64,000 bases of DNA. It comes from an uncultured Porphyromonadaceae bacterium. GTDB lineage: Bacteria > Bacteroidota > Bacteroidia > Bacteroidales > Muribaculaceae. A model generated the notes under the pieces. That model was not told the origin of the DNA and searched no databases. It saw only the letters and a program-made list of their open reading frames with translations. Of the stretch, positions 19,342-27,616 are shown piece by piece. Both the position numbers and the translations under genes were made by a program. The stretch's first letter is position 1; every line of letters begins with the position of its first letter. The stretch is from NCBI GenBank assembly GCA_947175695.1, contig CAMWNT010000002.1:2127-66126 (forward strand), read 5' to 3'.

Positions 19342-19478
19342 CACCGCCTTGGGGACAGGGCGCCCTCGTCGAGGAGCTGCTTCTCCCCCCTCCGGCCAAC
19401 TCAAAAGAGCTCTGCCAACGGCATAAAATATCGTTCAGAGCCTTCCCCTCAACCCCCTAACCCTCCATTACTGCAAAA

Positions 19479-21683
19479 ATGATACAGACAGTCGAAAAGC
19501 GCGACGGCAGAATCGTCGGATATAACGAAGAGAAAATCAAAGCCGCAATTCGCAAGGCTATGCTTTCCACCGACACCGGTGAAGATGAATCGCTGATTCA
19601 GAAAATCACCGACCGCGTCGGTTGCTCGGGTCGCGAACGCATGACTGTCGAGGAGATCCAGGACCGCGTGGAGATCGAGCTCATGAAGTCGGCCCGCAAG
19701 GATGTCGCAAAACGCTATATCGCATATCGCGACCAACGTTCGATCGCACGCCGCGCAAAGACACGCGACGTTTTCCTTGAAATCATCGAAGCCAAATCCA
19801 ACGACATCACCCGCGAAAACGCCAATATGAACGCCGATTCCCCCGCGGGAATGATGATGAAATTCGCGTCGGAAACCACCAAGCCCTTTGTCGACGACTA
19901 CCTCCTTTCGGCCGAGGCAAAGGCAGCCGTACGCAATAATTATATCCATATCCACGACAAGGACTACTATCCGACAAAATCGCTGACATGCGTGCAGCAT
20001 CCGCTCGACCGCATTCTGCACAACGGTTTCGTAGCCGGCCACGGCGAGTCGCGTCCGGCGAAACGCATCGAGACCGCGGCCGTCATCGCATGCATCTCTC
20101 TTGAGACCGCACAGAACGAAATGCACGGCGGCCAGGCTATCCCGGCTTTCGATTTCTATCTCGCGCCGTTCGTCAGATCGTCGTTTATCGAAGAAGTGAA
20201 GAATCTCGAGCAGTTTACAGGCACCGACCTCTCCCATCTCTACGACGCGCCGATCGCCGACTATATCAAGCGCGACCTTGACGGCCTCGAAGGCGACGAG
20301 CGACTTCTGCAACACGCTATCAACAAGACCGCCGGTCGCGTCCACCAGGCAATGGAGGCGTTCATCCACAATATGAACACTATCCATTCCCGCGGCGGCA
20401 ACCAGGTCGTATTCTCCTCGATCAACTATGGCACCGACACCTCGGCCGAGGGTCGCTGCGTCATTCGCGAACTGCTCAACTCCACTTACGAAGGGGTCGG
20501 CAACGGTGCGACAGCTATCTTCCCGATCCAGATCTGGAAGAAAAAACGAGGCGTCAGCTATCTGCCGGAGGATCCCAACTACGACCTCTATCAGCTCGCC
20601 TGCAAAGTGACCGCACGCCGCTTCTTCCCCAACTTCCTCAATCTCGACGCCACATTCAACCAAGACGACGCATGGCGCGCCGACGATCCGCAGCGCTATC
20701 TGCACGAAGTGGCCACAATGGGCTGCCGCACTCGCGTCTACGAAAACCGTTACGGCGAAAAGCGCTCTGTAGGTCGCGGCAATCTTTCGTTCACAACCAT
20801 CAACATCGTGCGTCTCGCAATCGAAGTGATGTCGATTCAGGATCCCGAAGAGCGCGAACGCCGCTTCTTCGAGAAGCTCGACAGCGTGCTTGAAATCACG
20901 GCTCGCCAGCTCCACGATCGCTTCCTCTTCCAAAAAAGCGCTTTGGCGAAGCAATTCCCGCTCGTGATGAGCGTGCTCTGGAACGGCGCGGATCAACTCC
21001 GTCCCGACGACACGATCGAGAAGGTCATCAACCAGGGCACACTCGGCATCGGATTCATCGGACTTGCCGAAGCGCTGATCGCATTGACAGGCAAACACCA
21101 CGGCGAATCGGAAGAAGCGCAGGCTCTCGGCCTGAAGATCGTCGGCCACATGCGGAGCCGCGCCAATGAATTCTCCGAAACATTCGAACACAACTACTCG
21201 ATACTCGCCACGCCGGCCGAAGGCCTGTCGGGTCGCTTCACCAAGCGCGACCGCAAGAGTTTCGGCGTGCTTCCCGGCATCACCGACAAGGATTATTACA
21301 CCAACTCCAACCATGTGCCGGTCTACTATCACTGCTCGCCCCGCCACAAGGCCCGCATCGAGGCTCCCTATCACGAAATGACCCGCGGCGGCCACATCTT
21401 CTATGTCGAAATCGACGGCGACGCCACCCATAACGAGCAGGCGATCATGCAGATCGTCGACCTTATGGACCGCCACAACATTGGCTACGGCAGCGTCAAC
21501 CACAACCGCAACCACTGCCCGCGATGCGGCTACGAAAACGCCGACACCTCGATGCACGAATGCCCGAAATGTCATGTCGCCTTCGAGACAATCCAGCGCA
21601 TCACAGGCTACCTCGTCGGCACTACCGATCGCTGGAACTCAGGCAAACTCGCCGAGCTCCACGACCGCATTGTCCATAAATAA
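19479..21683 (+). CDS. nrdD: Anaerobic (class III) ribonucleoside-triphosphate reductase
   Basis: ATP cone (VEKRDG), IHIHDKDY, MGCRT, ATPAEGL, YYTNSNH, CxxC...CxxC zinc site, glycyl-radical RITGYL. Confidence 0.97.
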   Translation: MIQTVEKRDGRIVGYNEEKIKAAIRKAMLSTDTGEDESLIQKITDRVGCSGRERMTVEEIQDRVEIELMKSARKDVAKRYIAYRDQRSIARRAKTRDVFLEIIEAKSNDITRENANMNADSPAGMMMKFASETTKPFVDDYLLSAEAKAAVRNNYIHIHDKDYYPTKSLTCVQHPLDRILHNGFVAGHGESRPAKRIETAAVIACISLETAQNEMHGGQAIPAFDFYLAPFVRSSFIEEVKNLEQFTGTDLSHLYDAPIADYIKRDLDGLEGDERLLQHAINKTAGRVHQAMEAFIHNMNTIHSRGGNQVVFSSINYGTDTSAEGRCVIRELLNSTYEGVGNGATAIFPIQIWKKKRGVSYLPEDPNYDLYQLACKVTARRFFPNFLNLDATFNQDDAWRADDPQRYLHEVATMGCRTRVYENRYGEKRSVGRGNLSFTTINIVRLAIEVMSIQDPEERERRFFEKLDSVLEITARQLHDRFLFQKSALAKQFPLVMSVLWNGADQLRPDDTIEKVINQGTLGIGFIGLAEALIALTGKHHGESEEAQALGLKIVGHMRSRANEFSETFEHNYSILATPAEGLSGRFTKRDRKSFGVLPGITDKDYYTNSNHVPVYYHCSPRHKARIEAPYHEMTRGGHIFYVEIDGDATHNEQAIMQIVDLMDRHNIGYGSVNHNRNHCPRCGYENADTSMHECPKCHVAFETIQRITGYLVGTTDRWNSGKLAELHDRIVHK

Positions 21684-21851
21684 TTCCGGGGAGCTCGGAG
21701 AATCGGTCAAAACAGTCAATGCGGGGATGCGACACGATGCATCAGCCGCTCGCGAGACGACCGAAAGCTCCGGGCTCTGCCATTGATAAAAAATTCTAAG
21801 TCTCTCTCGAAAATTCGGGTAAAAAAATCGGGTTGAAATCCGATTTTTTTG

Positions 21852-21909
21852 TAACTTTGCCTTAAAGATTGTTATATCAGTGGAGAGGAAGTCAAGGCTT
21901 TCTCTCCAC
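21852..21909 (+). promoter_or_regulatory. maeB promoter and 5' hairpin
   Basis: TAACTTTG at 21852-21859; hairpin GTGGAGAGGAAG/CTTTCTCTCCAC at 21880-21909. Confidence 0.55.
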
Positions 21910-21964
21910 GACGTATACATACTTCCTTACACTGTTTATAATCCAAAACATTCCGCATAACCAG

Positions 21965-24241
21965 ATGGCTAACGTTACGAAAGAAGACGCCCTCCACTAT
22001 CACGAAGAGGGACGCCCGGGTAAAATCGAAATCACCCCCACCAAAGCTTACGCTTCCCAACGCGACCTTTCACTCGCATATTCACCGGGAGTAGCCTTCC
22101 CCTGCCTGGAGATCGAAGCCAATCCCCAGGATGCCTACAGATATACCAACAAGGGCAACCTCGTGGCTGTAATCTCCAACGGCACAGCCGTGCTCGGCCT
22201 GGGCGACATCGGTGCGCTCGCCGGCAAGCCTGTGATGGAAGGCAAGGCGCTTCTATTCAAGATTTTCTCGGGTCTCGATGCTTTCGACATCGAAATCAAC
22301 GAGACGGATCCCGATAAATTTATCGAAATCGTCAAGGCTCTCGCCCCGACATTCGGCGGCATCAACCTCGAGGATATCAAGGCACCTCAATGCTTCGAGA
22401 TCGAAGATCGTCTGAAGAAGGAGTGCGACATCCCTGTCATGCACGACGACCAGCATGGCACAGCCATCATCTCCGGCGCCGGACTGCTCAACGCTCTGGA
22501 GATCCAAAAGAAAAAAATCGGCGAGATCCGACTCGTCGTCAACGGTGCGGGCGCAGCAGCCGTCAGCTGCACACGCCTTTATAAATCGCTGGGCGTAAAG
22601 CCGGAAAACATCGTCATGTGTGACTCCAAAGGGGTCATTCGTGCCGATCGCGAAAACCTCAGCGCCCAAAAGCGCGAATTCGCCACGACGCGCGACATCC
22701 ACACCCTCGCCGAGGCTATGAAGGATGCCGACGTATTCCTGGGCCTCTCTGTCGCCGGCGTCGTCACTCCGGAGATGGTGCGCTCGATGGCTCCGCGCCC
22801 GATCGTGTTCGCTTTGGCCAACCCGAATCCGGAAATCGACTACTACGCCGCCAAGGAGGCTGCCCCCGACGTCATCGTGGCAACCGGACGCAGCGACTAT
22901 CCCAACCAGATCAACAATGTCATCGGCTTCCCCTATATCTTCCGCGGAGCGCTCGACTGCGGTGCTTCTGCCATCAACGAGGAGATGAAGATCGCTGCCG
23001 TATATGCCATTTCGGAACTGACCAAGGAGCCTGTGCCGAGCGTTGTCGATGAAGCCTATGGTCTTGAAAACATCCATTTCGGACGCGACTACATCCTTCC
23101 CAAAGCGCTCGACCCGCGATTGCTGACCCGCGTGGCGCCGGCTGTCGCAAAAGCAGCAATGATGTCGGGCATCGCAGCACGCCCGATCGAAGACTGGAAC
23201 GCATATCAGTCGCGCCTCTGCGCTTATATGGGATATGACGGCAAATTCATGAAAACCATCACCGAGCACGCACGCGACAACAAGCGCCGCGTAGTCTTCG
23301 GCGAGGGCAATCTGGAGAATGTGCTTCGCGCCGCCACACGCCTCTACAACGAAGGCACTCTCGTGCCGGTGCTCCTCGGCAACGCCGAGATGATCAATCG
23401 TCACGCCGACCAGATCGGACTCGACATCTCCGGCATCGAAATCATCAACCCGCGCCACGACAATCAGGTGCAGCGCCGCGAGAAATATGCCTCCGCCCTC
23501 TCGCAGAAGAAGCAGCGCATGGGTATGCCCTATGCCGAGGCTCTCGACAAGATGTACGACCGCTCTTATTTCGGCATGATGATGGTCGATATGGGCGACG
23601 CCGACGCGTTTGTAGCCGGTTGCTATTCTTCGGCCAACAAGATGGCCGAGCGCGCAGTGTCGATCGTCGGCATCCGCGATGGCTATTCGCATATCGCGAC
23701 CATGCACATCGTCAACACCCGTCAGGGCACTTTCTTCCTGGCCGATACGGCAGTCAATCCGGTGTCGGATTCCGACGCTTTGGTGGATATAGCCCGGCTG
23801 ACCAACGATGCCGTGCGCCATTTCAACCGCACTCCCGTGCTGGCGATGCTCTCTTACAGCAATTTCGGTTCGAATCGTGAGTTTGACGAGCCGCGCCGTG
23901 TGGCCGAGGCTGTCAGAATCCTCCATGAGAAGTATCCCGAAATCAAAGTGGATGGCGAAATGCAGGCCGACTACGCGCTCAACACCGACATGCGCGACAA
24001 GGCGTTCCCCTTCAACACCATCGCCGGCCAGGAGGTGAACACGCTGATCTTCCCGAATCTCAGTTCTGCCAATATCACATTCAAGCTGTTGCTCGGCATG
24101 GGCGTCGGTCGCTCGATCGGCCCGCTCCAGATCGGCTTGAAGAAACCGATCTATTTCACCGGTGCGAATGCCACTGAGGATGAGATCGTGGATATCGCGA
24201 CTATCGCGGCCCTGGAGTCGATTCTCTCCACCGACCACTGA
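21965..24241 (+). CDS. maeB: NADP-dependent malic enzyme with C-terminal phosphotransacetylase-like domain
   Basis: [54 protein letters not shown]; start ATG 21965 ([10 protein letters not shown]). Confidence 0.95.
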   Translation: MANVTKEDALHYHEEGRPGKIEITPTKAYASQRDLSLAYSPGVAFPCLEIEANPQDAYRYTNKGNLVAVISNGTAVLGLGDIGALAGKPVMEGKALLFKIFSGLDAFDIEINETDPDKFIEIVKALAPTFGGINLEDIKAPQCFEIEDRLKKECDIPVMHDDQHGTAIISGAGLLNALEIQKKKIGEIRLVVNGAGAAAVSCTRLYKSLGVKPENIVMCDSKGVIRADRENLSAQKREFATTRDIHTLAEAMKDADVFLGLSVAGVVTPEMVRSMAPRPIVFALANPNPEIDYYAAKEAAPDVIVATGRSDYPNQINNVIGFPYIFRGALDCGASAINEEMKIAAVYAISELTKEPVPSVVDEAYGLENIHFGRDYILPKALDPRLLTRVAPAVAKAAMMSGIAARPIEDWNAYQSRLCAYMGYDGKFMKTITEHARDNKRRVVFGEGNLENVLRAATRLYNEGTLVPVLLGNAEMINRHADQIGLDISGIEIINPRHDNQVQRREKYASALSQKKQRMGMPYAEALDKMYDRSYFGMMMVDMGDADAFVAGCYSSANKMAERAVSIVGIRDGYSHIATMHIVNTRQGTFFLADTAVNPVSDSDALVDIARLTNDAVRHFNRTPVLAMLSYSNFGSNREFDEPRRVAEAVRILHEKYPEIKVDGEMQADYALNTDMRDKAFPFNTIAGQEVNTLIFPNLSSANITFKLLLGMGVGRSIGPLQIGLKKPIYFTGANATEDEIVDIATIAALESILSTDH

Positions 24242-24249
24242 TTCCTAAG

Positions 24250-24732
24250 ATGACACCAACTCAATTCACATATCAAGTGCTTGATATCCGGCGGGGCACG
24301 ACCGTCGACGGCCCGGGGCTGCGCACAAGCGTCTACCTCGCCGGATGTCGCCATCACTGCCCTGAATGCCACAACCCCGATTCGTGGGATGAGAACGGTG
24401 GCGCGACGATGACGCTCGATGAGATTCTGGAGGTGATAAAGGATGAGGATTTCGATGTCACGCTGACCGGCGGCGACCCGTTGATGCATCCCGAATCGAC
24501 AGCCGTCCTGGCCGCCGCAATCAAAGCACTCGGCAAAAACATATGGCTCTATACGGGCTATACCTACGAGCAGATTCTCGCCGATCCGCGACTCCGCGCC
24601 GCAATTGCGGATATCGACACAATCGTCGAGGGGCCGTTTGTCGCCGCGCTCCGCGATCCCGATCTCCTATTCCGCGGTTCCTCCAACCAACGCATCATCC
24701 ATCTCAAAGACAATTCTTGCGCGAAATCATAA
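24250..24732 (+). CDS. nrdG: Anaerobic RNR activating enzyme (radical SAM)
   Basis: VDGPGLR, CRHHCPECHNP, TGGDP, FRGSSNQRII. Confidence 0.95.
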   Translation: MTPTQFTYQVLDIRRGTTVDGPGLRTSVYLAGCRHHCPECHNPDSWDENGGATMTLDEILEVIKDEDFDVTLTGGDPLMHPESTAVLAAAIKALGKNIWLYTGYTYEQILADPRLRAAIADIDTIVEGPFVAALRDPDLLFRGSSNQRIIHLKDNSCAKS

Positions 24733-24744
24733 GCACTGCGATAA

Positions 24745-24773
24745 TAGAGAGTGTTTGAATTTAACACGATTAA
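24745..24773 (+). repeat. Solo MITE terminal repeat
   Basis: TAGAGAGTGTTTGAATTTAACACGATTAA has one mismatch to the reverse complement of 31231-31259. Confidence 0.8.
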
Positions 24774-24782
24774 CGAATGCTT

Positions 24783-24822
24783 AAGAGATCCTCTTGCTCT
24801 GTCGGCAAGAGGATCTCTTTTT
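24783..24822 (+). terminator. Intrinsic terminator after maeB-nrdG
   Basis: AAGAGATCCTCTTGC/GCAAGAGGATCTCTT followed by TTT. Confidence 0.8.
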
Positions 24823-24989
24823 ATATCTGCAAGGCTCTATATGCTTTTTACAAAAAACGCTATATTTGGAAATCGCAATCAGTCGGTAATAGATTTTGTC
24901 GCCATTCCCACTCTTTATATCCAAGCCCGACTTGGGGAGATAGTACACCCCTCCCCTCCCCTCACCAACAACAATAATTTGCGGCAACG

Positions 24990-26243
24990 ATGAAACAATA
25001 TCTTCTCGGTTTAGTGACCATATTACTGCTGCTTTACGCATGCGGCAATCGACAGAGTGGTAATTGCGCTACTTTTGAGTCAAACGGCATTAATTATGAA
25101 ATAGTTGATGCTGAGGCTCATTCAGTCGCAGTCGGCAGAACAACCCATGCATCGGGAGCTATCACTATTCCTTCGACTGTCAAGTATAAAGGCAAGCAAT
25201 ATGCGGTCGTTGCGATCGCCGACAGTGCTTTCGCAAGTTGTAAGCATCTGACGTCGCTTGTTATCCCCCCTTCGATGACTGAAATCGGCGACAGTGCATT
25301 CGCCGGTTGCCTCTCTCTATCATCAATCGACATTCCCAACTCTATCTCGAAAATTGGCGATAAAGCCTTCTTGCGTTGCCGCAATCTTAAAAGCATCAGC
25401 CTCTCAGAATCATTGACATCAATCGGGAAAGGAGTTTTCTATGATTGCCGTAACATGACTCATATTGCAATCCCCTCATCCGTAGTGAGCATCGGCGCTC
25501 AAGCATTCGCTCGTTGCGAAAGTCTTGAGTCGATCCATATTCCGCAGTCCATTACCTATATCGGTGACTTCGCTTTTTTTCGATGCGGGAGTCTCAAAAC
25601 ATTCATCATTCCGCGAGGTGTGACAAGAATCAACACCGGTGTATTCTCCGAATGCACGATGCTGAAATTCGTTGAGATCCATGACGATGTGGAATATATT
25701 GGCGACAGTGCATTCAGCGACTGTCAAGAACTCCCTCGAATCGCAATTCCAGAGAATATCAATGAGATCGGCGAATGCTCTTTCTATGGATGCCATTCAT
25801 TGAAAGAAGTCGAAATCAATGCATCATTAACTGTCATTCCACGTGCTGCTTTCTACAATTGCCGTAGCTTGGAAACAATCAATCTACCCAAATCTCTGAC
25901 TGCGATCAATCGATCCGCATTCTTCGGATGCACCGGTCTTACCATGATCTGCATTCCCGAAAATGTAGCCTATATAGGCGAGAATGTTTTCGAGAATTGT
26001 GAAAATTTGAAATCGGTAGAAATTCCTTCATCACTTACCACTCTCCCTGAGCGGACTTTCTACAATTGCTATCACCTTGAGGAAATCATAAATCATAGTC
26101 CGATCCCGCAACGAGTAATGGATCATATCTTTCATGCCGTTGCCACAAGCACTCGGATCTATGTTCCGAAAGGAAGTGTCAGCGCTTATCAAACCGCCAC
26201 CGGCTGGAAACGCTTCAGTGAAATTCATGAAATTCCCGGATGA
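24990..26243 (+). CDS. BspA-type leucine-rich repeat (LRR_5) lipoprotein
   Basis: Lipobox LYAC; roughly 13 repeats of the 23-aa LxxIxIPxxVxxIGxxAFxxC; C-terminal YVPKGSVSAYQTATGW cap. Confidence 0.9.
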   Translation: MKQYLLGLVTILLLLYACGNRQSGNCATFESNGINYEIVDAEAHSVAVGRTTHASGAITIPSTVKYKGKQYAVVAIADSAFASCKHLTSLVIPPSMTEIGDSAFAGCLSLSSIDIPNSISKIGDKAFLRCRNLKSISLSESLTSIGKGVFYDCRNMTHIAIPSSVVSIGAQAFARCESLESIHIPQSITYIGDFAFFRCGSLKTFIIPRGVTRINTGVFSECTMLKFVEIHDDVEYIGDSAFSDCQELPRIAIPENINEIGECSFYGCHSLKEVEINASLTVIPRAAFYNCRSLETINLPKSLTAINRSAFFGCTGLTMICIPENVAYIGENVFENCENLKSVEIPSSLTTLPERTFYNCYHLEEIINHSPIPQRVMDHIFHAVATSTRIYVPKGSVSAYQTATGWKRFSEIHEIPG

Positions 26244-26244
26244 T

Positions 26245-26285
26245 AGAATCGACCGCGACCAAAGAATCAACTGCGACCAAAGAAT
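26245..26285. repeat. 18-bp tandem duplication
   Basis: AGAATCGACCGCGACCAA AGAATCAACTGCGACCAA AGAAT. Confidence 0.7.
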
Positions 26286-26314
26286 ATCCGCACACTAACG
26301 CTTAGAAACCAAAT

Positions 26315-27373
26315 ATGAAACGCTATCTTTCTCTGATGCTGGCAACCATGCTTGCCGCACTTGCCTATGCCGCCGACGGCGATGTATTCACCTACAAGGG
26401 GATTAACTACAAAATACTTTCGGAATCGGCTCGCACCGTCGAAGTGACTGAAAACGAAGAAGCCAAAGGTGCAATAGTGATCCCCGCTTCCGTCGTTCAC
26501 AAGCGCGTCTCCTACTCGGTGAAGGCTCTCGGGAATGGCGCATTCTCGCGTAGCGATGTGACGTCAGTCAAAATACCGGCCACAGTAACTGCAATAGGCG
26601 ATGATGCATTCAGAGACTGCGCCCGATTGACAACGATCAGAATAGCGGGAGGTGTGAAGGAGATCGGTTACGGCGCATTTTGGGGTTGTGAATCTCTGAC
26701 TACGGTAACACTTCCGAAAACTCTGACCACCCTTGGCGAAAGGGTATTTGACAATTGCAGCAGCCTAAGATCAATTAATGTGGCTGTCGGCAACAAACAC
26801 TTCTGCTCCGTCAACGGAGTGCTGTTTGATATCCGGAAGACAAAACTGATCAGATGCCCGGAGGCAAAGATAAAATGTGTCATTCCCGGCAGTGTGCGGG
26901 AAATTGGTTCGTCGGCTTTCGAGAGCTGCATCAAATTGACATCGATCACTATCCCCAATACTGTGACAAAAATCGGAGCTACGGCCTTCGGCGAATGCCT
27001 CGCTTTGACATCTATAAAACTTCCCGAATCAATCACCGAAATCGAGGATGGGACGTTCTCCGGATGCTCAAGCCTGACATCCTTTGTAGTGCCGAACTCC
27101 GTGACCTCAATCGGATGGGGAGCATTCGACCAGTGTCACAAGCTTAAGGTCGTAACAATCGGCAAATCGGTGACTGAAATCGGCATCGAAGCTTTCTCAT
27201 TTGCAGACCTCCAAAAAATCATCAGCCTCAACCCGACACCTCCCGCCATAGAGGACTACTCCTCCTTCGATGGAGTATCAACCGATATCCCCGTCTATAT
27301 CCCCAAGGGGAGTCTCAACGCCTACAAATCAGCCGACGGCTGGAACCAATTCAGCAACTATAAAGAGCTTTGA
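26315..27373 (+). CDS. BspA-type LRR_5 secreted protein
   Basis: Sec signal (AYA), LRR_5 repeats, NKHFCSVNGVLF insert, YIPKGSLNAYKSADGW cap. Confidence 0.9.
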   Translation: MKRYLSLMLATMLAALAYAADGDVFTYKGINYKILSESARTVEVTENEEAKGAIVIPASVVHKRVSYSVKALGNGAFSRSDVTSVKIPATVTAIGDDAFRDCARLTTIRIAGGVKEIGYGAFWGCESLTTVTLPKTLTTLGERVFDNCSSLRSINVAVGNKHFCSVNGVLFDIRKTKLIRCPEAKIKCVIPGSVREIGSSAFESCIKLTSITIPNTVTKIGATAFGECLALTSIKLPESITEIEDGTFSGCSSLTSFVVPNSVTSIGWGAFDQCHKLKVVTIGKSVTEIGIEAFSFADLQKIISLNPTPPAIEDYSSFDGVSTDIPVYIPKGSLNAYKSADGWNQFSNYKEL

Positions 27374-27416
27374 CGGCGCATAACTGCATCGCAGCGGCGT
27401 GAAAATGCAAAACAAA

Positions 27417-27451
27417 GCGGCATCCGCCTCATGGGTTGAAGCGGATGCCGC
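27417..27451. terminator. Terminator-like hairpin after the LRR pair
   Basis: GCGGCATCCGC/GCGGATGCCGC; the T-rich tail is on the minus strand only. Confidence 0.5.
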
Positions 27452-27501
27452 CAAAGTATGAAATGCGATATGAAATGCAAGCAGAGATTTTTATGATTTC
27501 T

Positions 27502-27533
27502 TTTGGTAGTTCTAAAATTTGTTATTACCTTTG
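27502..27533 (+). promoter_or_regulatory. Promoter of the barrel gene
   Basis: TTTG-N20-TACCTTTG. Confidence 0.7.
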
Positions 27534-27616
27534 CAGTGTATTAGTCTATTAATACAGCATATACACCCCAGCAACACCCTGTTTAGGCTGATTATGTAGA
27601 ACTTAACAGATTTCAC

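Noticed and set aside
19346-19478. Cobalamin riboswitch upstream of nrdD
   Set aside because: The AGGGAA, GCCACTG and B12-box elements are absent and the leader is short.
19449-24238. Long antisense ORFs opposite nrdD (708 aa) and maeB (661 aa), and similar ones opposite trxB, the S41 and M16 genes and menD/menB
   Set aside because: They mirror strongly conserved genes and have no recognisable motifs; such shadow ORFs are expected from C/G-ending codon bias.
24990-27373. LRR genes as diversity-generating retroelement or invertible-cassette targets
   Set aside because: I saw no reverse transcriptase, recombinase, template/variable repeat pair or flanking inverted repeats.
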